Source of the DNA: an uncultured delta proteobacterium
GTDB taxonomy: Bacteria; Desulfobacterota; Binatia; UBA9968
DNA: 64,000 nucleotides
Reading direction: 5' to 3'
Assembly: GCA_963745835.1 (NCBI GenBank)
Contig: CAVUZH010000003.1
Span: forward strand, 928,001 to 992,000
Shown here: positions 40,642-51,018 of the stretch, piece by piece
Layout of the letters: the number at the start of each line of letters is the position of its first letter
Position numbering within the stretch: the first letter of the stretch is position 1
Translations under genes and position numbers: made by a program
The notes under the pieces: model-generated
What the model was told of the DNA's origin: nothing
The model's database searches: none
Seen by the model: the letters and a program-made list of their open reading frames with translations, nothing else

Positions 40642-41876
40642 CGCCGTCCCAAACGGAAAAACACGATCACCAGCCCAAGAACTACCAATGCAACGATACC
40701 AAATCCTACCCAGCCCCAGAGAGTCGGAGTTGAGACCGTCACCCGAAACTCCACGGAGCGATTGACCTCCGGAGAGTTCGCGGTCAAGGTCATCAAGTAG
40801 TCACCCGCGATGGTTCGCTCCGGCGCCAGGATATCCATTTTTATCTCCCGCACTTCACCTGGGTTCAAAGCATCGAGCTTGTCGGGTCTGAATTCTACCG
40901 TCCACTTATCGCTGGGCTTTTTGCTGATGAAATTCAGATTGCGAATCGGCGCCGTACCGGCATTGGCAACCACAAAATCAACCGGGGTTCGATTGCCGGC
41001 GGTCACTGAAGTGTTGAGAGTGCCAGCCAAGGAGCCCATTTTAAGATCCTGGGTTCCTTTAAGATTTACCTTCAGATCCGCACTGGCTTCGAAAGCTCCT
41101 GATCGAGCCACAATCGTCACCGGCTGCTCTTTAGCATCAGCATTGGCGGGCGTGTCGATCTCAACAGCAACGGTTTCGGAACCATTTTCTTTCAAAAGGA
41201 TTGACGAATATTGTGTATCACCAAACTGTGGCTTGAAACGAACCGCCCAGCCGGGTGGTGTCTGCGCCGTCAGTGACACCGGCAACGGTTTGTTAGTTTC
41301 GTTTTTCAGATCGATCGTGAACTTAAGAGTTTGCCCGGAAGGCGCTGTCAGAACCGGATACTGACTGGTGAGTCTTAACCCGCCAGTAGCGACTTTAGCG
41401 GAAGTTACACGGAAGTTGATTGTGTCGGAGTAAGAGGTCGTTCCCCCGCTGTCCTTGGCAACAACCTTGACATCGTAATTTCCCGGCTTGGTGTTTTGAG
41501 GAACCTTACCCTTGAATTCAATGGTTGTGGATTTTTCTCCCTGGACCGTGACCGAGCGAACCGGATAACTGGGGTACCTCGAATTGAAGTTCGCTTCCCA
41601 ACCCTTGGGAATCGATTCCAGGGACAGATTGACCTCGACCGGATTTTTAGTCCGATTCACAACCTCTGTATCCATCGTGACTTCCTGTCCTTGTCCGACG
41701 GTTAAATCCTTGTACGGGATGATCAGATTGAAGCTCTCTTTTGAGGACGCAGCGTCTTTCTGTTCAGTCTTTTCGGCGGCGAGTGCTGAGTGCTCGAGCG
41801 AACTAGAGCAAAGTAAAAACCACGAGAGCAGCACAAGTATCATTCGCGGGTGCACACGTAGACGCACAAACCTCAT
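40638..41876 (-). CDS. secreted, membrane-anchored Ig-like repeat protein (NEW3/NPCBM-associated-like)
   Basis: Signal peptide, three beta-rich repeats (N...P-x-GW...G-x-Y pattern), C-terminal TM plus RLGRR. Confidence 0.75.
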   Translation of the reverse strand: MRFVRLRVHPRMILVLLSWFLLCSSSLEHSALAAEKTEQKDAASSKESFNLIIPYKDLTVGQGQEVTMDTEVVNRTKNPVEVNLSLESIPKGWEANFNSRYPSYPVRSVTVQGEKSTTIEFKGKVPQNTKPGNYDVKVVAKDSGGTTSYSDTINFRVTSAKVATGGLRLTSQYPVLTAPSGQTLKFTIDLKNETNKPLPVSLTAQTPPGWAVRFKPQFGDTQYSSILLKENGSETVAVEIDTPANADAKEQPVTIVARSGAFEASADLKVNLKGTQDLKMGSLAGTLNTSVTAGNRTPVDFVVANAGTAPIRNLNFISKKPSDKWTVEFRPDKLDALNPGEVREIKMDILAPERTIAGDYLMTLTANSPEVNRSVEFRVTVSTPTLWGWVGFGIVALVVLGLVIVFFRLGRR

Positions 41877-41957
41877 ATCAAAAACCCCCTAAGGTGCGAA
41901 ATTTGGTGCCATAAATAACCATATTAATTCTTAGGGTCAAGAGCTTGCGGCGTAAAG

Positions 41958-42417
41958 TTAAGTTTTTCCCAGCTGCCGTAATCCTTCATACAGAACAATA
42001 GACACCGCATTGGAGAGATTCAAACTCCGAACACCCTCACCAGCCATGGGTATCCGATAGGAAGAATCCGAGTTGGCGTCCAACAAGTGTTGAGGCAAGC
42101 CTCGCGTCTCGGGCCCGAAGACTAGATAGTGTTCTTCTTGGTAGCGTGCTCTGGTATAGGATCTCACCGCCCGTTTAGAAAAGTAGAGCAACCGTTTCAC
42201 CGGCGACTGCCGCTACGAACTCATCCCAGGATTTGTGTACCCGCAGATCGACGAACTGCCAGTAATCAAGGCCGGCGCGCTTCAGGTGACGGTCGTCGAT
42301 TTTAAATCCGAGTGGTTCGATCAAATGGAGAGGGGTCAGCGTAGCTGCGCAAAGCCGAGCTATGCTGCCGGTATTCGGTGGGATCTCGGGTTGAAACAAA
42401 ACTACGTGCACGTTCAA
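41958..42417 (-). CDS. trmL: tRNA (cytidine/uridine-34 2'-O)-methyltransferase; frameshift near 42200
   Basis: PEIPPNTG, RAGLDYW, then in the other frame FGPETRGLP and RSLNLSNAV. Confidence 0.9.
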
Positions 42418-42851
42418 CTTTCCAAAACGAAGGTAACCGGACCATCGTTGACCAGCGAGACCTTCATTCTGGCTTGGAATTGGCCGGTGGCAACAGAGAC
42501 TCCGGCATCCCGGAGCCGCCCTATAAAATGATTGTAGAGCTTTTCGGCGTGAGCCAATGGCGCCGCATCTGTGAAAGACGGGCGATTGCCTTTTTTACAG
42601 CTGGCGTAAAGCGTAAATTGGGAGACAACTAGAACCTCGCCCCGGGCAGCCACTAAAGATAGATTCATCTTGCCTTCTTGGTCTTCGAATATGCGAAGAT
42701 TTTTAATTTTTTCTGAGAGGAAGTCGGCGTCCGCCACTTCATCATCTCGGCTCACACCCAGTAAAATGCACAGGCCCGATGTTATCTCCCCGACGATGTT
42801 TTCGCCGACGGTAACCTGGGCTTTTGTGACCCTTTGAATGACGGCGCGCAC
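42414..42851 (-). CDS. dtd: D-aminoacyl-tRNA deacylase
   Basis: MRAVIQRV, VSQFTL, NDGPVT. Confidence 0.96.
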   Translation of the reverse strand: MRAVIQRVTKAQVTVGENIVGEITSGLCILLGVSRDDEVADADFLSEKIKNLRIFEDQEGKMNLSLVAARGEVLVVSQFTLYASCKKGNRPSFTDAAPLAHAEKLYNHFIGRLRDAGVSVATGQFQARMKVSLVNDGPVTFVLES

Positions 42852-43073
42852 GGTTCCCTTGTTAATCTAAAAAGCTTATGCGACCACTGAGGCGGGTTCT
42901 AGTAAAGATTGGCAGCAAAAGACACTGCGAGCAGTCGTAACAGACAAATGGACGAGTCTCAACAGCAGCTATAACCAAAACACGGATCCGGTTAGATATG
43001 AGAGCCCGAATCGAGTTGAAATCCCGCGCACAAGCTCTCAGACTACTAGGTTAGCGCCAGTGCGGGAGATAAC

Positions 43074-43826
43074 ATGAAGCAAATTAAGATTCCGCGCATA
43101 CTGACACTGTTTGTGATTGTGTTCAACGCCGGCATTGCCACCGTCGCATCGGCCAACTTTGAGTTCAATCCCGCGCCGCTGATTTCCAGCAATGGGCAAC
43201 TCCGCGGAGCCGTTTTGCTCTCAGGTACATACCAAGCGCCAGCTCCGCTCAAAGTGGTAAAGAGCCGCAGTTTTTGTGGTTTAACGGTGCCTAACGAAAC
43301 ATTGCTGGTGGATCGGGGCGGTGGGGTCCGCAACGCGGTGGTTATTCTTCGCCCCCTCGATCGAAATGTGAACATTCATCCTGGCAGGATTTTATTAGAC
43401 AACAAACAATGCGCATTTACACCGCACGTGCAAATCGCCGGCATCGGAAGCGAGTTACTCCTCAAAAACAGTGATCCGATTCTCCATACAGTTCATGCGC
43501 GGCTCGGCAACGAAACGCTTTTCAATGTGGGTTTGCCCCGGTGGCGGCAGGTCTCCAAAGTTCTCGACCGGCTGGGTGTCGTCAGAATAGACTGCGATGT
43601 GCTCCATACCTGGATGAGCGCAGCTATCGTGGTGGTTTCAACCCCGTATGTCGCGGTGACCGGCGAGAGGGGGTTATTCACCATCGAAGATATTCCGGCA
43701 GGAAAGTATGCCGTTGAGATCTGGCATGAGGTCCTCGGTATTAAGAAGGCGCAAATCTCAGTCCCCCAAAGCGGCGCGATTTTTCTGGACGCTATCTATG
43801 GCCGGATCCCCGAGATGAAGTCCTAG
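43074..43826 (+). CDS. exported cupredoxin-like / carboxypeptidase-regulatory-like domain protein
   Basis: Signal peptide, QCAFTPHV, NSDPILHTVH, CDVLHTWM, GLFTIEDIPAGKYAVEIWHE. Confidence 0.7.
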   Translation: MKQIKIPRILTLFVIVFNAGIATVASANFEFNPAPLISSNGQLRGAVLLSGTYQAPAPLKVVKSRSFCGLTVPNETLLVDRGGGVRNAVVILRPLDRNVNIHPGRILLDNKQCAFTPHVQIAGIGSELLLKNSDPILHTVHARLGNETLFNVGLPRWRQVSKVLDRLGVVRIDCDVLHTWMSAAIVVVSTPYVAVTGERGLFTIEDIPAGKYAVEIWHEVLGIKKAQISVPQSGAIFLDAIYGRIPEMKS

Positions 43827-43864
43827 GTTTAATAGTCGTTGTCTCTCCGGTATGATCGTTTTTC

Positions 43865-44647
43865 ATGTACCCAATTCTCTTCCAATTCGGTCCCATAACG
43901 ATTTACAGCTTCGGCGCCTTCATGGCGCTGGCGGCGCTATCCGCCGCTTGGGTGGTTCACTCCGAGCTAAAAAGACGAGGTTATAATCCCGAACTGGCGT
44001 CTTCGATGGTCTTTGCCGCCGCCATCGGCGGACTCGTCGGCGCCCGGCTTTTGTTCATCCTGGGTGACTGGAATAATTTTTTAGCTTCTCCCTCAAGCTA
44101 CATTTTTACCGGTGCCGGATTTACCTGGTACGGCGGATTGTTTGGTGGCGCCGTGGCGGTATCTTGGATTGTCAGAAAAAATGAAATTCCATGGCTCGTC
44201 GGCGCGGATATTGCCGCTCCAGCCTTGGCTATCGCCTATGGCGTCGGCCGCCTGGGTTGCCACTTCGCCGGGGACGGCGACTGGGGTTTGATCACCGACG
44301 TGCCTTGGGGTGTTGCGTACACTAACGCGATTACTGGTTGGGTTGATCCGATGACGGGAGTTCCTTATCCACCCGGCGTCCGCGTGCATCCCACCCCTAT
44401 TTACGAGTTTCTACAATCACTAGTTATCTTCGGAATCCTCTGGAGCATTAAAAACAAGGGACTCGCCCCTGGGACAATCGCGTGGCTTTATCTAGTATTG
44501 GCGGGCCTTGCGCGGTTTACCATTGAATTTTGGCGCGTCAATCCGATTTTGGCGGCCGGTCTTAGCGAGGCTCAGTGGATCAGTCTGATTCTAATGGCAA
44601 TCGGATTGGTTATGTTGGCATCGCGCCGGGTCCGGCTTGCCTATTGA
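43865..44647 (+). CDS. lgt: prolipoprotein diacylglyceryl transferase
   Basis: MYPILF, GARL, WYGG, GRLGC, HPTPIYE, RFTIEFWR. Confidence 0.92.
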   Translation: MYPILFQFGPITIYSFGAFMALAALSAAWVVHSELKRRGYNPELASSMVFAAAIGGLVGARLLFILGDWNNFLASPSSYIFTGAGFTWYGGLFGGAVAVSWIVRKNEIPWLVGADIAAPALAIAYGVGRLGCHFAGDGDWGLITDVPWGVAYTNAITGWVDPMTGVPYPPGVRVHPTPIYEFLQSLVIFGILWSIKNKGLAPGTIAWLYLVLAGLARFTIEFWRVNPILAAGLSEAQWISLILMAIGLVMLASRRVRLAY

Positions 44648-44751
44648 AAGTTGTCGGACAGGGGTAGCGGTGCGGCCTGGAATGAAAATGCCCGAGGATC
44701 GTCCCGTGCCCGATGCACTTTATTTTGGTAATTGGGTCACGATCTTTTCTG

Positions 44752-45867
44752 CTACCAATTGGCGGACATCACCTGGCAAACCGCTCGATAAGTAGCGACA
44801 TCGTCCTTGCCGGATTCGATCAGGTGCTGTTTGCAGACATGCCTGCACAATGCGATCGCAGCCTGACACACGATCATCGACTTTCCGTTTTTGGTTAAGT
44901 GGCCGCTCACTCTGCCGTGACGCAGAAATACAGTCTCTTCCGGATGATAGATCAAATCGTAAAAGCGAACGTTTTGCGGTATAGTTTGAGCTAAAGTCAT
45001 GGACGCCTGATTGTTCGCATGGATGTCGGCCTGCGCTGCGCGCAGCCAATCCTGCCGGGTTTGTGGGTCATCGAAATCGGATTGAGAGATCGATGCCGGA
45101 TGAGCGGACGCCAAAGCGGAGTACGCTTCCAAGGTGGTAAGTTTGCCGTTCGGCAACTTACGATTTCCCCCTTGCCCCTTGGTGGTCGAGTTAACGATCA
45201 AGCCGACTCGACGCGCCCAATCACCGATTTCAGTTTCGTCGATAGCTTTAACTTGCCGGTCATTTTTTTGAATTTCTGATGCCAGGGACATGGCATGATC
45301 CAGGCTTCGGTTGGCGATTACTAGCTGGCCCTCATTCAGCCTATCCGATAACTCGAAGGCGACGGCGCGTGCCGAGCCGCCTGCACCCAAGAGCAAGACA
45401 TCGGTTTTCGCCAGGGAAGGCATGAATGATTCAGTCTCCTCCGGCAGCGGAGTCAGCAAACTTTCAATGAATCCCTCGCCATCGGTATTGTATCCGACGA
45501 GTTTGCCGGAGGAGGTTCTGACGATGGTGTTGACCGCTTGAACCCGATGGGCCCCCGCTTCAATCTCGTCTAAAAAATCCATAACTCTAATTTTGTGCGG
45601 CACCGTGACATTGATTCCTAGAAAGTTATCTAGACCTTTCAAGGTGGCAATTAGCTCACCTAAGCGAGGCTCAGCGACATCGAAAGGTAGGTAGATCCCG
45701 TTAATGCCCAAAAAATCGAATGCCGCATTCCATAGAGCGGGGCTTTTTGAATAGAAAGACGGCGCGTCACCGACGATCCCGGCGATTGCTTTATCGCCAA
45801 TTAGGTTGGGATCGATCTGATTAGTAATGCAACTTTGAATGGCAGCGATTTGTTTTCGAGATGGCAT
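44752..45867 (-). CDS. aroE: shikimate dehydrogenase family protein
   Basis: SKSP, NVTVPHK, AVNT, GYNTDG, GAGGSARA, YDLIYHP. Confidence 0.88.
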   Translation of the reverse strand: MPSRKQIAAIQSCITNQIDPNLIGDKAIAGIVGDAPSFYSKSPALWNAAFDFLGINGIYLPFDVAEPRLGELIATLKGLDNFLGINVTVPHKIRVMDFLDEIEAGAHRVQAVNTIVRTSSGKLVGYNTDGEGFIESLLTPLPEETESFMPSLAKTDVLLLGAGGSARAVAFELSDRLNEGQLVIANRSLDHAMSLASEIQKNDRQVKAIDETEIGDWARRVGLIVNSTTKGQGGNRKLPNGKLTTLEAYSALASAHPASISQSDFDDPQTRQDWLRAAQADIHANNQASMTLAQTIPQNVRFYDLIYHPEETVFLRHGRVSGHLTKNGKSMIVCQAAIALCRHVCKQHLIESGKDDVATYRAVCQVMSANW

Positions 45868-45941
45868 GGCAAATAGCTCGTCGCCCGGTCAGTTAGACTC
45901 AGGGCGGATTTCGGCAGGCACGGAGCTCGTTGTTGAATCGG

Positions 45942-47369
45942 CTATATGCCGTTTTTGATCGCTAGTCTATTGTCGGAATAGCACAGCAGCGACTTGCGGT
46001 TATCGAGAATCGTCTCCAAAGCGACTTCGTGACCCCAAAGCTGGTTTAAATATTGAAGCGTTTTCTCGGCATACTCCAGTTGCAGATCTCGTCCATCATG
46101 ATGGTGACTGAGGAACAGCGTCCGGGTCTTGTTATAATCGGCATCTTCAATTTTGATCACGGGAATGGTACTGGTGCCGACATTTTGAATCAAAGTTTCT
46201 TTGATCTGACGCCAATTAAGATCATCCGCCACTCGGCTGACGACTTGTTCATTACCCCGCGTTCGATACTCGAATAAGTTGAGTTCTCGCACCAACTCTT
46301 CGGTTAGATAGCGGCGGATAAAGGAGGCATCACGCTCGACTTCTCGCACCTCGAAAAGTTTTTCCGCGCCGCTTTTATTTCGGCGGCCGTACTGTTTCTC
46401 ATCCTCGGCAGAGGGGTGATCCCAGCGTTTTTCGATATTTTCCCAGATCTTCATGCCGACGTGATACGGATTTAAGCCACCGGGGCTTGGCCGTAACACC
46501 TGCGCATGCCGGACCAGAAATTCCAGGTGCAGGTTCTGCGGTAGCTCCAGGGTTTCAAGAATTCGTTTATGCCAAAAGCTCGCCCAACCTTCATTCATGA
46601 TTTTGGTTTCGATTTGCGGGATGAAATACTGAGATTGCTCATGCACGATGGTTAAAAGATCCTTTTCCCAATCAGCCAAATGCGGATTATGGTCACGGAT
46701 AAAGATCAAAAGATCTTCCTCCGGGTACAGAGGAACTTTATTGAGATCCGGAGAAACATAATCTTGCCGTCGATGGATCGCGCCAAAGGGGTCTGCCGGC
46801 GGTTGCGCTTCCTGCACTTTGGTTTCTATTTGTTCCTCGGCGGATAGCTTGCGAATCGACAGGTTGCGGCGGCACTGAAGTGACAGTGCGTGCGCCGCAT
46901 CGAGAATTCGTTCGATTCGTTCCAATCCAATACTCGGATCCTCCACGTAATGCCGCACTCGATTTGCATGGCTTTTGAAAGTTTCAATGGTATATTGTGC
47001 GCGCGTGGCGCCAAACGTGAAATTATTTTTGAAAAAATCGTTGTGTCCGTATACGTGGGCAATGGTGAGGACCTGCAAAGCCAGGCTGTTATCCCGCATC
47101 AAATAAGCAATTGAAGGATTGGAGTTGATTACCATTTCATAAGGCAGTCCGCTCACACCATAATCGTACAGCGTCTTTAATTTTTCGAAGCTTTTTCCGT
47201 AAGACCAATGGGGATAATGAGAGGGCATGCCGGAGTAAACCATGTAAGTAAGCATGTCCTCATGATCACAGATCTCGAACTCTTGAGGGTAAGGGTCGAG
47301 TCCGAACTTATGAACAATCTCAACGATTCGACTGTTCCAAACTTCCAGATCTTCGATCGTATAATCCAT
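45942..47369 (-). CDS. spoVR: SpoVR/YcgB family protein
   Basis: YPHWSYGK, YEMVIN, AHVYGHNDFFKNN, TKIMNEGWASFWH. Confidence 0.93.
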   Translation of the reverse strand: MDYTIEDLEVWNSRIVEIVHKFGLDPYPQEFEICDHEDMLTYMVYSGMPSHYPHWSYGKSFEKLKTLYDYGVSGLPYEMVINSNPSIAYLMRDNSLALQVLTIAHVYGHNDFFKNNFTFGATRAQYTIETFKSHANRVRHYVEDPSIGLERIERILDAAHALSLQCRRNLSIRKLSAEEQIETKVQEAQPPADPFGAIHRRQDYVSPDLNKVPLYPEEDLLIFIRDHNPHLADWEKDLLTIVHEQSQYFIPQIETKIMNEGWASFWHKRILETLELPQNLHLEFLVRHAQVLRPSPGGLNPYHVGMKIWENIEKRWDHPSAEDEKQYGRRNKSGAEKLFEVREVERDASFIRRYLTEELVRELNLFEYRTRGNEQVVSRVADDLNWRQIKETLIQNVGTSTIPVIKIEDADYNKTRTLFLSHHHDGRDLQLEYAEKTLQYLNQLWGHEVALETILDNRKSLLCYSDNRLAIKNGI

Positions 47370-47394
47370 AGACAGAAGCTACATACCTAAAACG

Positions 47395-48615
47395 CTACGC
47401 CGCATCCTCCCGACCGCGGTCCTTGGCCAGAAAAGTCTTAAACGATGTCCAGATATCCTCCTTCCGATGAATTTGCAGCGTTTGAAAGTTCGGCTCGTCC
47501 AACTGCGAAAATAGGGGAATCAAGCTGCTGCCATAGTAGCCCGCTCCCAACGGTTTGATCTCACCATAGCCGAACAGATTAGAGGACCGGGCCAATTCCG
47601 TGGCTGCCTTGAGGGCGGCCGGATTGTCCGACTCAAAATTGTCGCCGTCTGAACAATGGAAAACATACACGTTCCACAGCGCGGGATGAAATCGCTCGTT
47701 GATAATCTCCAGCGCCTTATTGTAACCGGAAGAAATAAAGGTACCGCCGGATTCGCCCTTGTGAAAGAAATCTTCCTCGCTAACTTCCTGCGCTTCCGTG
47801 TGATGCGCAATAAAAACAATTTCTACATTTTGATAGCGCGTGCTGATGAACTGATACAGAATGAAAAAGAAACTTCGCGCCAGGTATTTCTTCATGGTAT
47901 CCATGGAACCGGAGGTATCCATGATGCACAAAACAACGGCATTGGACTCGCGTCGCAAGTCGCTCACTGAATGGTGGTAACGCAAATCGTCTTTATGGAA
48001 AGGAAATCGGCTACGTGCCCCTATGAGATCTCTTCGCTGAGAGGCCTTCTTACGTTTCAAACGCGATCGAGCCGTCCGTTTTTTATCCAAACGTACGCGA
48101 ACACCTTTGCGCCGGTATCCTTTTTGACGAAACTGCTTCTCAACTTCGATTTGCCGTAGCCGTTTGCGCTCCAAGTCGGGCAGCTCCAGATCCTCGAACA
48201 TTAATTCGATAAGCTCATCGAGGCGAACATCGGTTTCATAGTAATCGACGCCCGGCTGATCTCCAGGCTGCCCAGGTTGCTTTCCTTTTTCCCCCTGGCC
48301 GACAACTTGTCCAGGCTGCGGTTCTTGGTCACCTCCTTGGCCGACTCCGGGCGCGTTATCACCATAGACAAACCGGTATTCTTTAACTCCGCGAATCGGG
48401 ACTTTGATAATGCGATTATTGTCTTTGCCGATGATGGATTCTTCGGCAATGATATCGGCGATATTATTTCTGATAGCCTCGCGGACCTTCTGCCGGTGCC
48501 GCAGCCGATCCCCTGCGCTGCGATCACTACGCTGCCCCGAGGACGAGTTGTACGGACGGAAGATGGTCTCGGCGATCCGAACGATGCCGCTTTGTGGGTC
48601 ACGCGTGACCGTCAT
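47395..48615 (-). CDS. YeaH/YhbH (DUF444) vWA-like protein
   Basis: DRLRHRQKV, MDTSGSM, ESGGTFISS, HCSDGDN. ATG 48615 follows the PrkA stop. Confidence 0.92.
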   Translation of the reverse strand: MTVTRDPQSGIVRIAETIFRPYNSSSGQRSDRSAGDRLRHRQKVREAIRNNIADIIAEESIIGKDNNRIIKVPIRGVKEYRFVYGDNAPGVGQGGDQEPQPGQVVGQGEKGKQPGQPGDQPGVDYYETDVRLDELIELMFEDLELPDLERKRLRQIEVEKQFRQKGYRRKGVRVRLDKKRTARSRLKRKKASQRRDLIGARSRFPFHKDDLRYHHSVSDLRRESNAVVLCIMDTSGSMDTMKKYLARSFFFILYQFISTRYQNVEIVFIAHHTEAQEVSEEDFFHKGESGGTFISSGYNKALEIINERFHPALWNVYVFHCSDGDNFESDNPAALKAATELARSSNLFGYGEIKPLGAGYYGSSLIPLFSQLDEPNFQTLQIHRKEDIWTSFKTFLAKDRGREDAA

Positions 48616-48619
48616 GATC

Positions 48620-50554
48620 TCAGTCCTTCCAAAGATTGTTGGCGGCGTACTTGAGAATGACGTCGACGCAACTTGGGCAGTAGCCGTTCTCGAGCAGATT
48701 CTTGACCATAACGTTATACTTTTCAGATTGTTCCTCGTCACGCATCCGTGATTTCGTAATAACCCGGCTGAGATCTCGGACCGAGGTGATGAGCTTTTTC
48801 TCGATCGCTTCCTTTAATGGTTCATAGCTTCTGTAATCGATTTTTTCGCCGCGCCGGTTTGCCGCCCAAAGATAAGCGATGACTTCTTGACGGAAACCGT
48901 CGGCGGCAGAGCCAATGATCGCGATCTGTTCCTCTATAGACTTCATAAAGCTCTCATCAGGCGAGAGCTCTTCCTTGGTGTTTCGGTCTTTGACCTTGCT
49001 TTTGTTGACATAGGCTTCAGCGTGATCCAAATAGTTCTGGAAAAGCGCTTCGGCTTGTTCCTGATAGGAGTAGACGAAGGCGCGGGTAATCTCTTTCTCT
49101 AGGATCTCCAAATATTCCTTGTGCAGCGCATCCTGCAACAGTTCGAGGTGCTGCTTCCTGGTATCGTCGGGAAGATCGGCTTCCTTCACCATATTGATCA
49201 ATGCCTCGCGCACGTTGATTGGATTGATGCAGTTTCCGGTAGTGTTATCCGACAAGGCATTGTCCAAGGCTTTCATGATAAATCGCGTGGAGATACCGGA
49301 CAGACCTTCTCGCTTGACGCCTTCTTTAAGCTCCTGAACGTCGACCTTTTTGCTTCGGCCTTTTTCGACGACCTCTTCACCATTGTACAGGCGCAACTTC
49401 GTCATCAGATCGCATTTGTTCGTCGGCTCTAGACGCGAAAGGATGGCAAACATCGAGGCCATCTCCAGGGTGTGAGGGGCGACATGAGCGCGGAAATCCG
49501 AGTGGCGGATGATTTTTTGGTAGATCTTCACTTCCTCTGAGAGCCGCAAATTATAGGGCACCCGAATAACCACGATACGATCGAGAATCGCTTCATTGGT
49601 GTGGTCGGCCTTGAACTTCTGCCATTCGGCCTCGTTGGAATGAGCGATGATAACGGTGTCGACGTAAACCAACCCATGCCGTCCGGGAGCCGGCACAACT
49701 TTCTCCTGAGTTGCGGTGATCATGCAGTGAAGATATTCGATCTCGTTCTTGAACACTTCTATGAACTCGACCATTCCTCGGTTGCCGACGTTCAAAGCAC
49801 CATTGAGCTCAAGAACGCGCGGGTCTCCTTCAGAATAAAGATCCAGCTTGGAGATATCCTCGCTGCCGATGAGCACCGAAGTATCCTGATTGTTTGGATC
49901 AACCGGCGGGACAACGCCGATACCGACACGCGAGCGCTTGGAAAACTCGATAGTGGACACCGGAAACTCTTCGTACTTTCCGGCATACTCGTGTTGTAGC
50001 TTGAACCGGCAGACCGGGCAGAGATCGCCTTCAATGTGCACTCCCAGCATCTTTTCAAATTCTTTGCGTAGGTGGCGGGGAATCAAATGAAGAGGTTCTT
50101 CGAACATCGGGCAACCCTCGATGGCGTAAAATGGCGGGCTTTCTTCGAGGCCCCGATGAAGTTTTTCGACCAGCGAGCTCTTACCCGAACCCACCGGTCC
50201 CATGAGGTAGAGGACTTGGCGGCTTTCTTCGCCCTTGAGCGAAGCCGCGTGGAAATAGCGAACAATTTGTGAAATGGTCTTTTCGATACCGAAGAACTCG
50301 TCGGCGAAGAAGTCGTAAACTTTTATCGATTCGTCTTTGTAGATGCGTTTGCCGTGTGGATCGTCGTCTATGTTGATATCTCTGACCCCGGCTTTTATGA
50401 GTACGTCATACAGACGCGCATGAGCCAGCCTGGCCACGCTTGGATCCTCTTTGACTTTATCGAGATACCCGAGGAGATTTCCGCGCCATGATTGGCTTTG
50501 GTGCAGATCTCTATCTTTTTGAATCAGTGCTTGGAATTCTTTGTTATGGTCCAT
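48620..50554 (-). CDS. prkA: PrkA/YeaG family AAA serine protein kinase
   Basis: FFGIE, GPVGSGKSS, GNRGMVEFIEVFK, AHSNEAEW. Confidence 0.94.
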   Translation of the reverse strand: MDHNKEFQALIQKDRDLHQSQSWRGNLLGYLDKVKEDPSVARLAHARLYDVLIKAGVRDINIDDDPHGKRIYKDESIKVYDFFADEFFGIEKTISQIVRYFHAASLKGEESRQVLYLMGPVGSGKSSLVEKLHRGLEESPPFYAIEGCPMFEEPLHLIPRHLRKEFEKMLGVHIEGDLCPVCRFKLQHEYAGKYEEFPVSTIEFSKRSRVGIGVVPPVDPNNQDTSVLIGSEDISKLDLYSEGDPRVLELNGALNVGNRGMVEFIEVFKNEIEYLHCMITATQEKVVPAPGRHGLVYVDTVIIAHSNEAEWQKFKADHTNEAILDRIVVIRVPYNLRLSEEVKIYQKIIRHSDFRAHVAPHTLEMASMFAILSRLEPTNKCDLMTKLRLYNGEEVVEKGRSKKVDVQELKEGVKREGLSGISTRFIMKALDNALSDNTTGNCINPINVREALINMVKEADLPDDTRKQHLELLQDALHKEYLEILEKEITRAFVYSYQEQAEALFQNYLDHAEAYVNKSKVKDRNTKEELSPDESFMKSIEEQIAIIGSAADGFRQEVIAYLWAANRRGEKIDYRSYEPLKEAIEKKLITSVRDLSRVITKSRMRDEEQSEKYNVMVKNLLENGYCPSCVDVILKYAANNLWKD

Positions 50555-51018
50555 GCCAGAAGCTCCCCTTTCTGGAGAAAAGTTTATCGCGCGGATTTAG
50601 CGTCGATGTTGGTAGAGATAAGCGGTCAAAAGTAACGAGGGATGAATAAAGACCTGTAGCCAGGCTGTAGTATAGGCGCAGAGAGCAGAAACGATTTTTC
50701 CCAGACGTGCTTCACGTTAGGCCGAACGCTGGAAATGCGTGTGCGGTATTGCGCTGGGGGCTGTAAAGCGAGAACCGGGAAAAGTTAATGGCGTGCAATC
50801 GACCTCCGTTAACCCAACGTGCTGGTCTTCTCAGCCCATGCTCTTTGACTTAGACGAGGCCAAAGAACAGTTTCTTCATTCTTACCCGCTGCTTACACCC
50901 AACATTGAAGCGCCGTTTGCCCGCAATGTCAAGGTTATAATGGGAATGCTGCGCGCATAGTCGATCTTCAATGCGATCTGTTATCATCCAACGCGCGATC
51001 TGCTAGCTTGACGCTTGC

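Noticed and set aside
41896-41912. Sigma54 promoter on the minus strand (TGGCACCAAATTTCGC)
   Set aside because: GG-to-GC spacing is 11 nt, not the required 10.
42175-42205. Programmed frameshift in trmL
   Set aside because: No slippery sequence or stimulatory structure. It is one of several similar indels best explained by assembly error.
50739-50960. 73-aa ORF between prkA and rfaH
   Set aside because: GTG start without a clear RBS and no motifs. It lies in a divergent promoter region.
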